This document shows positions 28,207 to 39,131 of a DNA stretch of 64,000 nucleotides, piece after piece. A model generated the notes under the pieces. The model was not told the origin of the DNA and did no database searches. It saw only the letters and a program-made list of their open reading frames with translations. This DNA comes from an uncultured Opitutales bacterium (GTDB taxonomy: Bacteria; Verrucomicrobiota; Verrucomicrobiia; Opitutales; Seribacteraceae): the NCBI GenBank assembly GCA_943787575.1, contig CALSMY010000018.1, positions 1,240-65,239 on the forward strand, read 5' to 3'. The first letter of the stretch is position 1; each line of letters begins with the position of its first letter. A program made the translations under genes and the position numbers.

Positions 28207-31200
28207 TCACTTCTTTCTTACTACTTTTCGTAAAAACCGGGCGGTAGGATTTTTATGTTTTTCTAATAAAGAAGTTACAGTCCCATGATGTAAGAGTTTG
28301 CCCCCCTCTTTTCCCCCTTTCGGTCCCAATTCAACAACGAAATCTGCTTCAGCGATGAGATCGACATCATGTTCGATCACAACCACGGTGTGACCATCGT
28401 CTACTAATCGATGTAGGAGAAGTATTAATTTTTGGCAGTCTTTTGAATGAAGCCCAATGGTGGGCTCTTCTAAAACATAAAAGTTTTTTTGGGCCTTACC
28501 TAACCTTCTTCCCTTGAGTTCGATCCCAGAAGAAAGTTCCGATGCCAGTTTAAGCCTTTGCGCCTCTCCTCCTGAAAGGGTGGGTGAAGTTTGACCCAAC
28601 CTCAAATAGCCTAGCCCTGTTTCTTTCATGAGGGAAAAGGTTTCCTTAAGCAATTCATCAAAGGAAAAGAAATCTACTGCATCGGCGAAAGTGAGGTTAA
28701 GAATTTCGTCGATGTTCTTTCCTCTCCATTTTAAATCAAGGACCTCGTCTTTGTAGCGCTTACCTGCACACTCTTCGCACTCAACATATGAATCTGGCAG
28801 GAAATTCATTTCCAATTTAATTTTTCCAGCTCCTTTGCAAATTTCGCATCTGCCCCCTTTTACATTAAAGGAAAAATCACTGGGTCCAAGCCCGCGAGCC
28901 TTGGCTTCGGGTAAGGTAGAGATCAATTCACGTATACGTGTCCAGACTCCTAAGTAAGTAACTGGAGTGGAGCGAGAAGTTTTGCCTATTGGGCTTTGTG
29001 TGACTTCGATTGCTTTGGCAAAGATGTTGCCATTTTTCAATTCGTAACCTTCAGCTTTAATATGTCCGGATCGTTCTTTAATCGATTGTTTAACCCCTTG
29101 AAAAAGAGGGCCTCGTACAAGGCTAGATTTTCCCGCTCCTGATACCCCACAACATACAATTAGGTGCCCTACGGGTAGACTCACCTTTAAGTTTTTAAGA
29201 TTCCGAAAATTAACTTTTGAAAGTTCAAGGTAAGCTTTTGAAGTTTTGCTATTGAATTTAGGAAGCGGGCGCCATTGCCCTTTTATAGGGTGGGCTATTC
29301 CCATGGAAAGGTGTTTACCGGTTCCCGATTGAGCATTCTCTGCAATTTGGAGTGGCTTCCCTATTTCAACCACACGACCGCCATCTTCTCCGGCGTGCGG
29401 GCCAATTTCGACAACACAATCTGCTTGTGAAATAGTTTCCAAATCATGCTCTACCACAAGCAGTGAATTCCCCTTGGCTTGGAGCTTGCGTAAAGAATCG
29501 ATTAATTTCTGATTGTCTGATGGGTGCAGGCCAATGGATGGCTCATCTAGAACATACAGAACACCCGAGAGGTTAGAACCCAATTGGCCGGCTAGGCGGA
29601 TTCTTTGAGATTCCCCACCAGACAGGGAAGCGGTTTCACGATTAAGGGACAAATAATCCAACCCCACATTGCTCATAAAGCATAACCTCTCGAGAACTTC
29701 GGGCAATATTGCGTTCAAAATAGGTAATTTTTCTTTTTGAACTTGGAGGTTTTGGAGAAAACCAGAAATTTCCTCCGGTGCCAGGGCAAGTAGTTTTGGT
29801 AAAGAAAGAGATCTTTTGTTCTTATCTTGTAAAAATACATTTCGGCCAATTGGATTTAAGCGTTCTCCAAGGCATGTAGGACAGGTTTCCCCATCAGTTA
29901 GTTTCCACCAATCTCCACTAGCCGGAAGTTCTTCTTTCATCCAGTCGTAAATTCTTCCATATCCATGACAAGATGAACATTGTCCGCGGGGCGAATTCCA
30001 GGACAGTAAGGAAGGCTCAAGGTCTGGATAAGCTTCCCCGGTTGAAGGATCTGATTTACGAGTAGAAAACCAAGAAATTTCGCCATCTGGAAAAAGGAGG
30101 AGGCAACGCCCTTTACCGATGTTTAAAGCATAGTCGATTGAAGTGTTTAAAACGGGTCTTGAGGGAGGTTTTACCCAGTGATTCATTACCACTTCAATGT
30201 CGTGCAATCGGTACCGGTCAAGGCCCTCAAAGGAATGCGTGGATAAAATATCTCCATCACAACGAACTTCCATAAACCCTTGTTCTCTGGCCCAGTTAAC
30301 CAAGGGTTTATGATGGCCCTTGCGATTGACAACGAGCGGAGCAAGCAGACGAACACCGCTGATTTTTTGAATGCGTTTCGCTAGGATTCGGGAAATTTCC
30401 TGAGGGGTGGAGGAGATCAAGGGTTTTCCGCTTTGCGGACTACATTGTTCTCCAAGGCGAGCGTAGAGAAGTCTTAAGTATTGAGCGATTTCTGTAATGG
30501 AACCAACCGTAGACTTTTTGGAACCACGAGTAACCCTTTGTTCGATGGCTACTGTCGGAGAGATCCCTTTAATTTGATCGACTTTTGGCTTTCCGACTTG
30601 TTCGACAAATTGTCGAGCATAAGAAGACATAGATTCGAGGAACCGCCGTTGTCCTTCAGCAAAAATTACTTGGAAGGCAAGAGACGATTTTCCAGATCCA
30701 GAGGGTCCAGTAACAACCACAAACTGGTTTGAGGGAATTCGTAGGTTTATGTTTTTGAGGTTGTTTTCTTGAGCCCCGAGTATTTCGAGGTCTTTTTTTC
30801 TGCCGTAGTTACCTTTTTTAAATCTCCCAGAGTCGATTTGTTTATCTTTAGGTTGTTTTTCTAAATCTGAGAATAAGCTACTGGTCGCAGTATTTAGAGA
30901 GCGGAACGAACGAGGAGACCCTTCAGCGATAATTTTACCCCCTAGCTTTCCTGCTCCTGGCCCAAGTTCTACGATCCAATCAGATTGGCAAAGAACCATG
31001 GGATTATGTTCAATAACAAAAAGCGAATTTCCACCCGCCACTGTTTTTTTAAGGCAGTCAACTAAACGCTGAACATCAGAGAGATGAAGACCGGTGGTAG
31101 GTTCATCAATTAACAAAATTGCAGGCTCCGACTTTTTATCAATTGGTCCCATATATTTGGCTAATTTCAATCTTTGCGATTCCCCACCTGAAAGAGTGCC

Positions 31201-33621
31201 AAGCGGTTGGCCCATCTTGAGGTAGCCCAATCCAAGTTCATGAAGAAGGGATAGTTTTTTGTGGGTCTTGGGAAAATGAGCGAATCTGAGTAATGCATCC
31301 GCAATGGTAAGTTCTAAAGCATCGGCAACATTTAATCCGTCCAATTGAATTTCCAAGAGATCATCCTTAAAGCGTTTGCCCTGACACAAAGAACAAGGAA
31401 TGGAAAGGTCGGGCAAGAATTGCATTTCCACATTCTCATAACCTAAGCCCATGCATGAATCACACCGTCCTTGCCCCGAGTTAAAAGAAAAGTCAGATGC
31501 AGAAAAACCAGACATTCTCGCCTGCTCGGTTCGCCCAAAGGCTTCTTTGATGGGTCCCCAGGCATCGGAGTAAAGGGCAGGGTTTGACCGGGAGGATCGA
31601 GCAACGGTTCCTTGGTCAATCATAACCACTTCAGAAAAAGGCAGGTCACTGGTTACCCAACCGTTGGGTGAGCCATGGCTAAGTTCCTGATAAATTAGGT
31701 CATGAACAAGGGTAGATTTGCCTGAGCCAGATAAACCAGCGATTGAAGTAAATTGACCAAGAGGCAAATTGGCATTGAAGTTCTTTAGGTTGTGAACATT
31801 TGCTTTCCTAACTTTTAGAAATTTAGTGGGTGCCTTGCTTGGCTTAATTTTACTTCGCCGGTGTTCTGTTGACTTCCCGGCGAGCCATTTTCCGGTCTCG
31901 GATTTGGCGGAACGCAAGAGTTGGGGAACCGTACCCTCAAAAGTAATATGCCCCCCAGCTAACCCAGGTTGCGGGCCAATTTCGATTACCCGATCAGCTG
32001 CTCGAATTACTTGATCATCGTGTTCAACTACGCATACGCAATTTCCACTTGTCGCCAAGTCCTGAAGGATCCCAATCAAACGGCCAACATCTTTATGATG
32101 CAGTCCGATGGTTGGCTCGTCTAAGGCAAAAAGGGTATCCGTCAAACCAGCCCCAAGGCAGGCAGTAAGATTAATTCTTTGCGTCTCTCCACCACTCAGG
32201 CTTCTTGAAGTACGATCCAGGCTTAGATAATCCAGGCCAACATCTCTCAAGTATCCAAGCCTGGTACAGATAGCCTCAAGGGGTAAGTCAGTCTTTGGCT
32301 CATTACTAATAGGCTGAGTTTTCATCAGCGAGAGGAGTTCGCAAACCGGTAAAGAATATAATTCTGGAAGAGAGCGACCTTTCCACTTCCAGAGTTGTGG
32401 TTCATATTGAAACCTTGTGCCCTTACATTCGGGACAATTAAAGTATCCTCGATACTTGGATAGAAACACCCGAACATGCATTTTATAGGTCTTTTTTTCC
32501 AACCATTTGAAAAAAGAGTTAACTCCATACCAACGTTCATTCCCCTCTTCATACAAGGGATCACCTTTCCAAATAAAATCTTGGCTGTCTTGAGAAAGGT
32601 CTTTCCATGCCAACTGCGGATCAATACCTAGATCTTTTGTTGATAGCATGAGGTCTTCAAGGCAGTGACCGTATACTTTACCCTGAAATGGCTTGATCGC
32701 ACCTTCAGATAAAGAAAGCTCTGGGTCGGGTATGACTAGACTTGGATTGATTTCAATTATCCGTCCAAAGCCTTTGCATTTTGGGCAAGCCCCGACGGGA
32801 GAATTAAAAGAAAATGAACCTTGTTCTAATTTCGCATAGCTTTTCCCCGAAACTCGAGACCGCAAACCAGTATGAAAAGATGACAAGATTTCTCCGCTCG
32901 ATGATCTCGCTTCAGCTTTTCCTTTTCCGTGGGAGAGGGCAAGGGATATGGCTTCGGCCATTCGATTTTGACTCTCAGGTTTTATCTTAATCCGGTCAAC
33001 GACAACAAATGCAGAAGTTTGATCCCAGGTCCCCTCCTTAAGAAGATCCTCGATGCGACCGTAATCTTTATCTGACAGTATTCGTGCATGACCTGCAGAA
33101 ATTAAAAACTGAAGAAAATCAGTAGTCGGCAAACTACCCCGCTCTATGGAAAAGCCTACAACTACATTTCGATTACTGAATTGGCTTGTAAAAGCCTTGG
33201 CCTGAGCCGAAGGAGTTTCTACTTGTATGAGCTTTCCTTTATCATCGGGGTCATGCAGGCGAGCAACTTGAGGAAACCAAACTTTAAAATAGTCGCAGAG
33301 CTCAGTCATCGTACCAACGGTTGACCTGGAATTCCTTACGGTATTCTTTTGTTCCACAGCAATGGAAGGACGTGCATTAGCCATGGAGTCAATTTTGGGT
33401 CGTGGTAAAGATTCCATGAATTGCCTGACATAGGGACTGAATGTTTCCACATACCGTCTTTGCCCCTCTGCGTGAAGAACATCGAAAAGTAGAGTCGATT
33501 TTCCTGTTCCGCTTAAGCCCGTGATCACGGTTAATTGACCAGGTAACAAGTCCAAATTGATGCCTTTTAAGTTATTTTCTCGGGCACCGCGTAGTTGGAT
33601 GGGCAGTGATTGTTTAGACAT
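28207..33621 (-). CDS. uvrA: Excinuclease ABC subunit A, tandem double-length form
   Basis: GARENNLK and GAQENNLK starts of two units; four Walker A and four LSGGE motifs; EGQRR twice; CxxC zinc fingers. Confidence 0.96.
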   Translation of the reverse strand: MSKQSLPIQLRGARENNLKGINLDLLPGQLTVITGLSGTGKSTLLFDVLHAEGQRRYVETFSPYVRQFMESLPRPKIDSMANARPSIAVEQKNTVRNSRSTVGTMTELCDYFKVWFPQVARLHDPDDKGKLIQVETPSAQAKAFTSQFSNRNVVVGFSIERGSLPTTDFLQFLISAGHARILSDKDYGRIEDLLKEGTWDQTSAFVVVDRIKIKPESQNRMAEAISLALSHGKGKAEARSSSGEILSSFHTGLRSRVSGKSYAKLEQGSFSFNSPVGACPKCKGFGRIIEINPSLVIPDPELSLSEGAIKPFQGKVYGHCLEDLMLSTKDLGIDPQLAWKDLSQDSQDFIWKGDPLYEEGNERWYGVNSFFKWLEKKTYKMHVRVFLSKYRGYFNCPECKGTRFQYEPQLWKWKGRSLPELYSLPVCELLSLMKTQPISNEPKTDLPLEAICTRLGYLRDVGLDYLSLDRTSRSLSGGETQRINLTACLGAGLTDTLFALDEPTIGLHHKDVGRLIGILQDLATSGNCVCVVEHDDQVIRAADRVIEIGPQPGLAGGHITFEGTVPQLLRSAKSETGKWLAGKSTEHRRSKIKPSKAPTKFLKVRKANVHNLKNFNANLPLGQFTSIAGLSGSGKSTLVHDLIYQELSHGSPNGWVTSDLPFSEVVMIDQGTVARSSRSNPALYSDAWGPIKEAFGRTEQARMSGFSASDFSFNSGQGRCDSCMGLGYENVEMQFLPDLSIPCSLCQGKRFKDDLLEIQLDGLNVADALELTIADALLRFAHFPKTHKKLSLLHELGLGYLKMGQPLGTLSGGESQRLKLAKYMGPIDKKSEPAILLIDEPTTGLHLSDVQRLVDCLKKTVAGGNSLFVIEHNPMVLCQSDWIVELGPGAGKLGGKIIAEGSPRSFRSLNTATSSLFSDLEKQPKDKQIDSGRFKKGNYGRKKDLEILGAQENNLKNINLRIPSNQFVVVTGPSGSGKSSLAFQVIFAEGQRRFLESMSSYARQFVEQVGKPKVDQIKGISPTVAIEQRVTRGSKKSTVGSITEIAQYLRLLYARLGEQCSPQSGKPLISSTPQEISRILAKRIQKISGVRLLAPLVVNRKGHHKPLVNWAREQGFMEVRCDGDILSTHSFEGLDRYRLHDIEVVMNHWVKPPSRPVLNTSIDYALNIGKGRCLLLFPDGEISWFSTRKSDPSTGEAYPDLEPSLLSWNSPRGQCSSCHGYGRIYDWMKEELPASGDWWKLTDGETCPTCLGERLNPIGRNVFLQDKNKRSLSLPKLLALAPEEISGFLQNLQVQKEKLPILNAILPEVLERLCFMSNVGLDYLSLNRETASLSGGESQRIRLAGQLGSNLSGVLYVLDEPSIGLHPSDNQKLIDSLRKLQAKGNSLLVVEHDLETISQADCVVEIGPHAGEDGGRVVEIGKPLQIAENAQSGTGKHLSMGIAHPIKGQWRPLPKFNSKTSKAYLELSKVNFRNLKNLKVSLPVGHLIVCCGVSGAGKSSLVRGPLFQGVKQSIKERSGHIKAEGYELKNGNIFAKAIEVTQSPIGKTSRSTPVTYLGVWTRIRELISTLPEAKARGLGPSDFSFNVKGGRCEICKGAGKIKLEMNFLPDSYVECEECAGKRYKDEVLDLKWRGKNIDEILNLTFADAVDFFSFDELLKETFSLMKETGLGYLRLGQTSPTLSGGEAQRLKLASELSSGIELKGRRLGKAQKNFYVLEEPTIGLHSKDCQKLILLLHRLVDDGHTVVVIEHDVDLIAEADFVVELGPKGGKEGGKLLHHGTVTSLLEKHKNPTARFLRKVVRKK

Positions 33622-33670
33622 CCGTTATTCCTAGGGGAATTGGTGAATCGGACAAGACGCGAATTTAAAA

Positions 33671-33747
<77 letters not shown>

Positions 33748-33823
33748 GAACTATCATATCCTGTTTAAAACTTTCTTTTTCGCAAGTCGAATCTATTGGT
33801 CGTATTTTCCTGACTCTAGAAGT

Positions 33824-33851
33824 TTGACATTATCCGCTCATACTTTACTTT
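33824..33851 (+). promoter_or_regulatory. Candidate sigma70 promoter for rpmH-rnpA-yidC
   Basis: TTGACA, 16-nt spacer, TACTTT, ending 12 nt before the rpmH ATG. Confidence 0.45.
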
Positions 33852-33863
33852 TTGCTCTTTGTC

Positions 33864-34019
33864 ATGAAACCTACCTACAATCCATCTAAACTGCGCAGAG
33901 CCCGAAAGTTTGGCTTTCGCAAGCGCAATCAAACGAGTGCCGGACGCAAGGTGCTTCAAAATCGTCGCCGCAAGGGCAGGGCTAAATTAACCGCCTCTGT
34001 TCTTCCTCGGTTTCGTTAG
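33864..34019 (+). CDS. rpmH: 50S ribosomal protein L34 (absent from the ORF track)
   Basis: Translated by hand: [51 protein letters not shown]. Confidence 0.96.
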   Translation: MKPTYNPSKLRRARKFGFRKRNQTSAGRKVLQNRRRKGRAKLTASVLPRFR

Positions 34020-34045
34020 TCATTTCTCGCCTACCCGCAAACTGC

Positions 34046-34393
34046 GTGAGTTTAGGTCTTTCACGCGAGGAAAGGTTGCGTAAAACCTACGAATTCTTGC
34101 AGGTTAAATCAAATGGCGTTTCGATTAGGCAAGCCCCATTTTGGGTCCAAGCCCATGAGAAATTAAGTGGCCCTTCCAAGCTAGGAATAATTGCCACCAA
34201 ACGCTTGGGAAATGCGGTGGCTAGGAATCAGGCAAAAAGACTAATTCGCGAATTGTACCGCAATTATAAAAACCAATTACCGTGTATCATGGACTTGGTT
34301 GTTTTGCCAAGGCGGGCAATTTTTCAAATGCCATTTACTAAGTTAGAAACTTTATTCATTGATGCTCTTAACAAAGCGTCCAAACGATTATGA
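34046..34393 (+). CDS. rnpA: Ribonuclease P protein component
   Basis: ERLRK..EF; GIIATKRLGNAVARNQAKRLIRE; follows rpmH. Confidence 0.95.
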   Translation: MSLGLSREERLRKTYEFLQVKSNGVSIRQAPFWVQAHEKLSGPSKLGIIATKRLGNAVARNQAKRLIRELYRNYKNQLPCIMDLVVLPRRAIFQMPFTKLETLFIDALNKASKRL

Positions 34394-36477
34394 AAAATTA
34401 TTTACTGGGAGCTGGCTTTCTCGTTCTTGCTTTTTATCTGATTTGGCAACAAGGAGCCGAACAGATTGAATATTCTGACCGTCTTTCAAATAAAGAAGTA
34501 ATTGAGCAAACTCAAAGAGTTGAAGGCATTGAGGGTAACTCCTCTCCTTATTCAACAACTTCTGGCATAGAACCGGGCATTGTAAATTCCGAAGACTCGA
34601 CTCCATTTGCTGCAGCCGTACAACTTGGGGAGGAGAAACTAACGGATGGATTAAGCACAAATCTTTCCTCGATTACCTTTTCCAATCACACTGGAGCAAT
34701 CCGATCGGTTCAGCTTCATGAATCGGAAAGATTGAATAAGGCTTATGATATAGAACATTCCGAACAGCCTTTGCTAGGGATTGCTTTTGAAGATGAATCC
34801 GGAGCTCTTTTATCAGAAGCATTGCCCAATCCTCGAGGTTTTCGCTTGATTGAAAGTTCACCTAGTCGGGTGGTTTATCGATGGGAATCTCCTGGAAATC
34901 TGAGCATTGATCGAATTTATGAACGCTCAGAGGCAGATGGATATGGTCTTATCCACAAAACCGTTTTTCGTAGTTTGAGAGATTCTCCCATGGTAATTGA
35001 TCGAGTACGAATGTATCTGGGCTCAAGTTTTCAAATTCCCCGTATGTACAATCCTTTTGATCAGGCATCTACTTATTTAAGTGTTGGTTATTATAATGAA
35101 GGTGCTCCATTGGCTGAGGGTTGTTCCTGTGCCACTTGCAGTGGAAGAATCGATGGTGAAAGAGAAGAGTTTTTTCAATTAAATGAAATGGGGCCGAGTG
35201 GAAAGATTGAACCAAGGAGATTGTCTAAGGCTAAATGGGCATGCGTGAACAATCAATTCTTCGTAAATCTCTTACGACCAGAGTCTGAACTTAACGACTT
35301 CCGAGTTTGGGGTGAATCTGTACAATCCTCTATTGACGAGAGTGGAAATGAAATTCTTGGAATTAGTGGTGCAGTTTCTTTCCCCTTGGGAATTTTTAAA
35401 CCGAAGCAAACCAAAGAATTTTCTTTTAAGGTATATGCAGGTCCGAAGGATTACATTGAACTCTCCAAACTTGCGCACGAACAGAAGAAAGTCATGCAAT
35501 TTGGGGTCTTTTGGTGGATTTCAGAGCCCTTAAGTTGGAGTTTAAACAAATTAAGTTCTCTTCTGGGTAGTTATGGTTTGGGCATAATAGTACTCACGGT
35601 ACTGGTAAAGCTCATCCTTTGGCCCCTAACTGCTCAAGCTACTCGTTCTCAAAAGAAAATGCAGGCCTTACAAGGACCGCTCGCCAAGCTTCGAGAAAAG
35701 CACAAGGGGAGTCCCCAGAAGCTTAATCAGGAAATGATGAAGTTTTACAAGGAATACAAGGTTAACCCTTTTGCTGGCTGTTGGCCTATTCTTGTACAAA
35801 TCCCTATTTTTCTTGGAATGTTTTGGATGTTGAGGTCCGCGGCAGAATTATACGGTCAGGAATTTTTATGGGCGATGGACTTATCCGAGCAGGATAGTGT
35901 AGCTATGCTTTACGGATTTTCCTTAAATGTATTACCCATTTTCATGGTGCTTACGCAGTGGTATCAAATGAGGCTAAATCCAATGCAATTAGGGCCAGAA
36001 ATGAGCGAAGCACAAAGAATAAATGCAAAAATGATGCGCTTTATGCCCTTCATGTTTTTGGTTTTCCTTTACTTTTTCTCATCTGCTCTAGTTCTTTACT
36101 GGACGGTGCAAAATATAATGACCATTTTGCAGACGCTTTTGACCAAAAATGTAACCTTTCCCAATTTGACTGAAAAGGACGACAAAGGTCGGGAAAAAAG
36201 TTTTGATCGAAAATCAGAAAGAGAAGTCGAGGACATTGAGTATGAAGAGGAATCAGACGAGGAAGAAAAAAAGTTACGAAACCTCCTTGGCTTAAAAGCA
36301 AGAGGAAAGATTGATCCCAAACTTTTGGAAAGCAGGTATAAGGAAAGAATGAACAACTATACTTCAAAGCGCCTCAAAAATATGTCGGAACAAAAAAGGA
36401 CTGCAGCTGAAGAAAAGCGTGACAAAATCACTGAGGCTTATGAAACTTTGAAGAAAATAGATAACAAGCAATCTTGA
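34390..36477 (+). CDS. yidC: Membrane protein insertase YidC with a C-terminal J-like domain
   Basis: YAGPK, YGLGIIVLTVLVKLILWPL, VNPFAGCWPILVQIPIF, FLWAMDLS, ALVLYWTVQN; about 110-aa extra C-terminal tail. Confidence 0.95.
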   Translation: MKNYLLGAGFLVLAFYLIWQQGAEQIEYSDRLSNKEVIEQTQRVEGIEGNSSPYSTTSGIEPGIVNSEDSTPFAAAVQLGEEKLTDGLSTNLSSITFSNHTGAIRSVQLHESERLNKAYDIEHSEQPLLGIAFEDESGALLSEALPNPRGFRLIESSPSRVVYRWESPGNLSIDRIYERSEADGYGLIHKTVFRSLRDSPMVIDRVRMYLGSSFQIPRMYNPFDQASTYLSVGYYNEGAPLAEGCSCATCSGRIDGEREEFFQLNEMGPSGKIEPRRLSKAKWACVNNQFFVNLLRPESELNDFRVWGESVQSSIDESGNEILGISGAVSFPLGIFKPKQTKEFSFKVYAGPKDYIELSKLAHEQKKVMQFGVFWWISEPLSWSLNKLSSLLGSYGLGIIVLTVLVKLILWPLTAQATRSQKKMQALQGPLAKLREKHKGSPQKLNQEMMKFYKEYKVNPFAGCWPILVQIPIFLGMFWMLRSAAELYGQEFLWAMDLSEQDSVAMLYGFSLNVLPIFMVLTQWYQMRLNPMQLGPEMSEAQRINAKMMRFMPFMFLVFLYFFSSALVLYWTVQNIMTILQTLLTKNVTFPNLTEKDDKGREKSFDRKSEREVEDIEYEEESDEEEKKLRNLLGLKARGKIDPKLLESRYKERMNNYTSKRLKNMSEQKRTAAEEKRDKITEAYETLKKIDNKQS

Positions 36478-36513
36478 CAACCCCCGCCCTCTTTTAGTTC
36501 GATTTAAATATTC

Positions 36514-37266
36514 ATGTCTGGGCATAGTAAATGGGCTACCACTAAGAGGCACAAAGCTGCCATTGACGCAAAGCGTGGTAAAATCTTTAGTGTAATCAGT
36601 AAAGAAATATCCTTGGCCACTCGGGATGGTGGCAAAGATGCAGAGTTTAACCCCAGGCTTCGAACCCTTGTTTTAAAAGCCAAACAGGCCAACATGCCGT
36701 CTGATAACATTGACCGGGCCATTAAAAAAGGAGCCGGCGAACTGGGCGGCGTTACCTATGAAGAACTGCTTTACGAGGGATATGGGCCGGGAGGAGTAGG
36801 TTTGATTGTCGAAGTCACCACTGATAATAAAAATAGGTCGGCATCTGATGTAAGGAGTACTTTTTCAAAGGGAGGTGGAAACTTGGCAGGAGTGGGTGCA
36901 TTGGCTTTCAACTTTAAGCGGAAAGGTCAGTTCCTGCTAGCCCTGGATAAAATGCCAGAAGATGATTTGACTGAATTAGCTTTAGATAACGAAGCGGAGG
37001 ATGTTTTGGTGGAAGATGATCATTATGAGGTAATTTGTGAAACTTCCGATTTTGATCGATTGGCCGAGGCATTTGAGAATAAAGGAGTAGAACCGGATTC
37101 CTCGGAATTAGCTTACCTTCCCAATATTTTGGTGCCAATAAAGGACGAAGATGTAGCTCGTAAGGTTATGAATTTGATCGAGGCGTTGGAAGAACTCGAA
37201 GATGTTAAAGCGGTTCACGGAAATTATGACATGGACAAGCCTTTGCTCGAAAAGATTTCTTTGTAA
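36514..37266 (+). CDS. yebC: YebC/PmpR-family protein
   Basis: MSGHSKWATTKRHK, YEGYGPGGV, TDNKNRS; TTGACA just upstream. Confidence 0.95.
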   Translation: MSGHSKWATTKRHKAAIDAKRGKIFSVISKEISLATRDGGKDAEFNPRLRTLVLKAKQANMPSDNIDRAIKKGAGELGGVTYEELLYEGYGPGGVGLIVEVTTDNKNRSASDVRSTFSKGGGNLAGVGALAFNFKRKGQFLLALDKMPEDDLTELALDNEAEDVLVEDDHYEVICETSDFDRLAEAFENKGVEPDSSELAYLPNILVPIKDEDVARKVMNLIEALEELEDVKAVHGNYDMDKPLLEKISL

Positions 37267-37316
37267 TATTCTCTCTTCATATCTTTGCGGGTTAATAATT
37301 AACCAAACCCAATTCA

Positions 37317-39128
37317 ATGCCCATCTCTGATCATACTGACTATTCGAACCAGCCAAATGAAGTTGGTTTGGTTCATGAAGAATCTTTTGTGTGCCAGGAT
37401 CGCTTTGAACTTTCCAACGGTCAGTTCTTAGAGGGTTATGAATTAAGGTACGAGTGCTATGGGGAGCTTAATTCTGCAAAAGACAATGCGATCTATATCT
37501 GTCATGCTTTAACAGGCGACCATCATGTTGCTGGAATTTACAGTGAAGAAGACGATAAGCCGGGTTGGTGGAACCATGTTGTGGGGCCAGGAAAGCCGGT
37601 TGACACAAATCGTTTCTTTGTAGTTTCTTCGAATTGCCTTGGTGGTTGCAGGGGATCCACTGGGCCTTCCAGTAAGCGTGCAGATGGGAGTGGGGAATCT
37701 TACGGATCGTCTTTCCCTGATCTTTCTATTCGAGACATGATTCATGCACAGCGTGCGTTGGTTGATCATCTCGGGATAACCGCCTTGCATGCGGTGGTTG
37801 GTGGAAGCATGGGCGGAATGCAGGCCTTGCAATGGATTGTGGAGTATCCGGGGTTTGCCAAAAATGCTATCATCATAGCGGCCACCGCCCAGCACAGTGT
37901 ACAAACCATAGCTTTTAACGAAGCTGGTCGTCGTTCCATTCGAGGTGATGACGGGTGGCAAGGTGGGGATTATCAGGAACAGACTAGCCCAGACCAAGGT
38001 TTATCGGTAGCTAGAATGATGGCTCATATCACCTACCTTTCCGATATAGGTATGGAGGAAAAATTTGGGGGTGACCGAAGATTAAATCCCAGCGAAGATT
38101 TTGAATTTAGCGTTCAGGGTTATCTTGATTATCAGGGTAAAAAGTTCATCGAGCGATTTGACGCCAATTCTTACCTTAAACTTACCGAAGCTTTAGACAG
38201 ATTCGATTTAGTGGGCGATCAAGGCTTGGCAAAGGCTGTTTCTGGAGTAAAGACTCGCACCCTGGTCATCGCTTTTTCTAGTGATTGGCTGTATACACCT
38301 AGGCAAAACAAGCAGATTGTGGATGCTTTACTTCAAGCAGGAAAAGACGCATCCTACTTGGAGATTGATCATTCCCATGGCCACGATTCTTTTCTCATCG
38401 ACTCTGGCCCCTTTCTTCGGGCATTGGATGTTTTTCTTCAAACCGAGGATTCCTCAAAAACAGAGAACCTTGAAGCTGATGGGTTTAGAAAATTAAAAAA
38501 TCGATATGAGGTAAAAAAAGAAGCAGATTTTAGAGCGATTGATGACTGGGTGGCTCCCAATGATAAAGTATTGGATTTGGGTTGTGGCAGAGGATTATTG
38601 CTCGAGCATTTGCGGGAAACCAAAGAGGTTAGAGGATTGGGCGTTGATTGGGAATTAAACAATTCCACTTTCTGTGTAGCCCGGAAAGTTCCTATTTATC
38701 AGGAAGAAATTTTATCGGCTTTGACAAAGTTCAACGAAAACTCTTTCGATTGGGTAATTTTTTCTCGTATGGTCGAATCCTTGCCTGAACCAGGCAGAAT
38801 TCTCAAGCAAGCCCTTAGGGTGGGACGTAAAGTAGCCGTAAGTTTTGTTAATCATGGCTACTGGAGAAACCGTTGGAATTTCCTCTTACATGGAAAACGG
38901 GTATGCAACGATGTTTACCCCCATCAATGGGAGAGCAGTCATTTAAGTAATCATTTTTCGATTCGCGAGTTCGAAGATTTTTGCCTTCGTCTACAAGCGG
39001 AAGGAATGAAGGTAAGATTGGGACGAAGAATGTTTTATCGAGGAGACTGGGTAAAGTCTTGTTCTGCCTTTCCTAATTTCCGGGCAGGGCTAGCCATTTA
39101 TGAATTAGTTAAGGAAGGCATGGACTAG
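37317..39128 (+). CDS. metX: Homoserine O-acyltransferase MetX fused to a MetW-like methyltransferase-fold domain
   Basis: CHALTGDHH, GGCRGSTGP, GGSMGGMQ, RFDANSYL, HGHDSFL; C-terminal VLDLGCGRG...ALRVG...VSFVNHGYW. Confidence 0.92.
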   Translation: MPISDHTDYSNQPNEVGLVHEESFVCQDRFELSNGQFLEGYELRYECYGELNSAKDNAIYICHALTGDHHVAGIYSEEDDKPGWWNHVVGPGKPVDTNRFFVVSSNCLGGCRGSTGPSSKRADGSGESYGSSFPDLSIRDMIHAQRALVDHLGITALHAVVGGSMGGMQALQWIVEYPGFAKNAIIIAATAQHSVQTIAFNEAGRRSIRGDDGWQGGDYQEQTSPDQGLSVARMMAHITYLSDIGMEEKFGGDRRLNPSEDFEFSVQGYLDYQGKKFIERFDANSYLKLTEALDRFDLVGDQGLAKAVSGVKTRTLVIAFSSDWLYTPRQNKQIVDALLQAGKDASYLEIDHSHGHDSFLIDSGPFLRALDVFLQTEDSSKTENLEADGFRKLKNRYEVKKEADFRAIDDWVAPNDKVLDLGCGRGLLLEHLRETKEVRGLGVDWELNNSTFCVARKVPIYQEEILSALTKFNENSFDWVIFSRMVESLPEPGRILKQALRVGRKVAVSFVNHGYWRNRWNFLLHGKRVCNDVYPHQWESSHLSNHFSIREFEDFCLRLQAEGMKVRLGRRMFYRGDWVKSCSAFPNFRAGLAIYELVKEGMD

Positions 39129-39131
39129 GGG

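Noticed and set aside
34380-34400. Missed yidD between rnpA and yidC
   Set aside because: rnpA and yidC overlap directly (ATGA), leaving no room; absence of yidD here is unremarkable
37267-37316. SAM riboswitch upstream of metX
   Set aside because: The spacer is only 50 nt and AT-rich, with no recognisable aptamer
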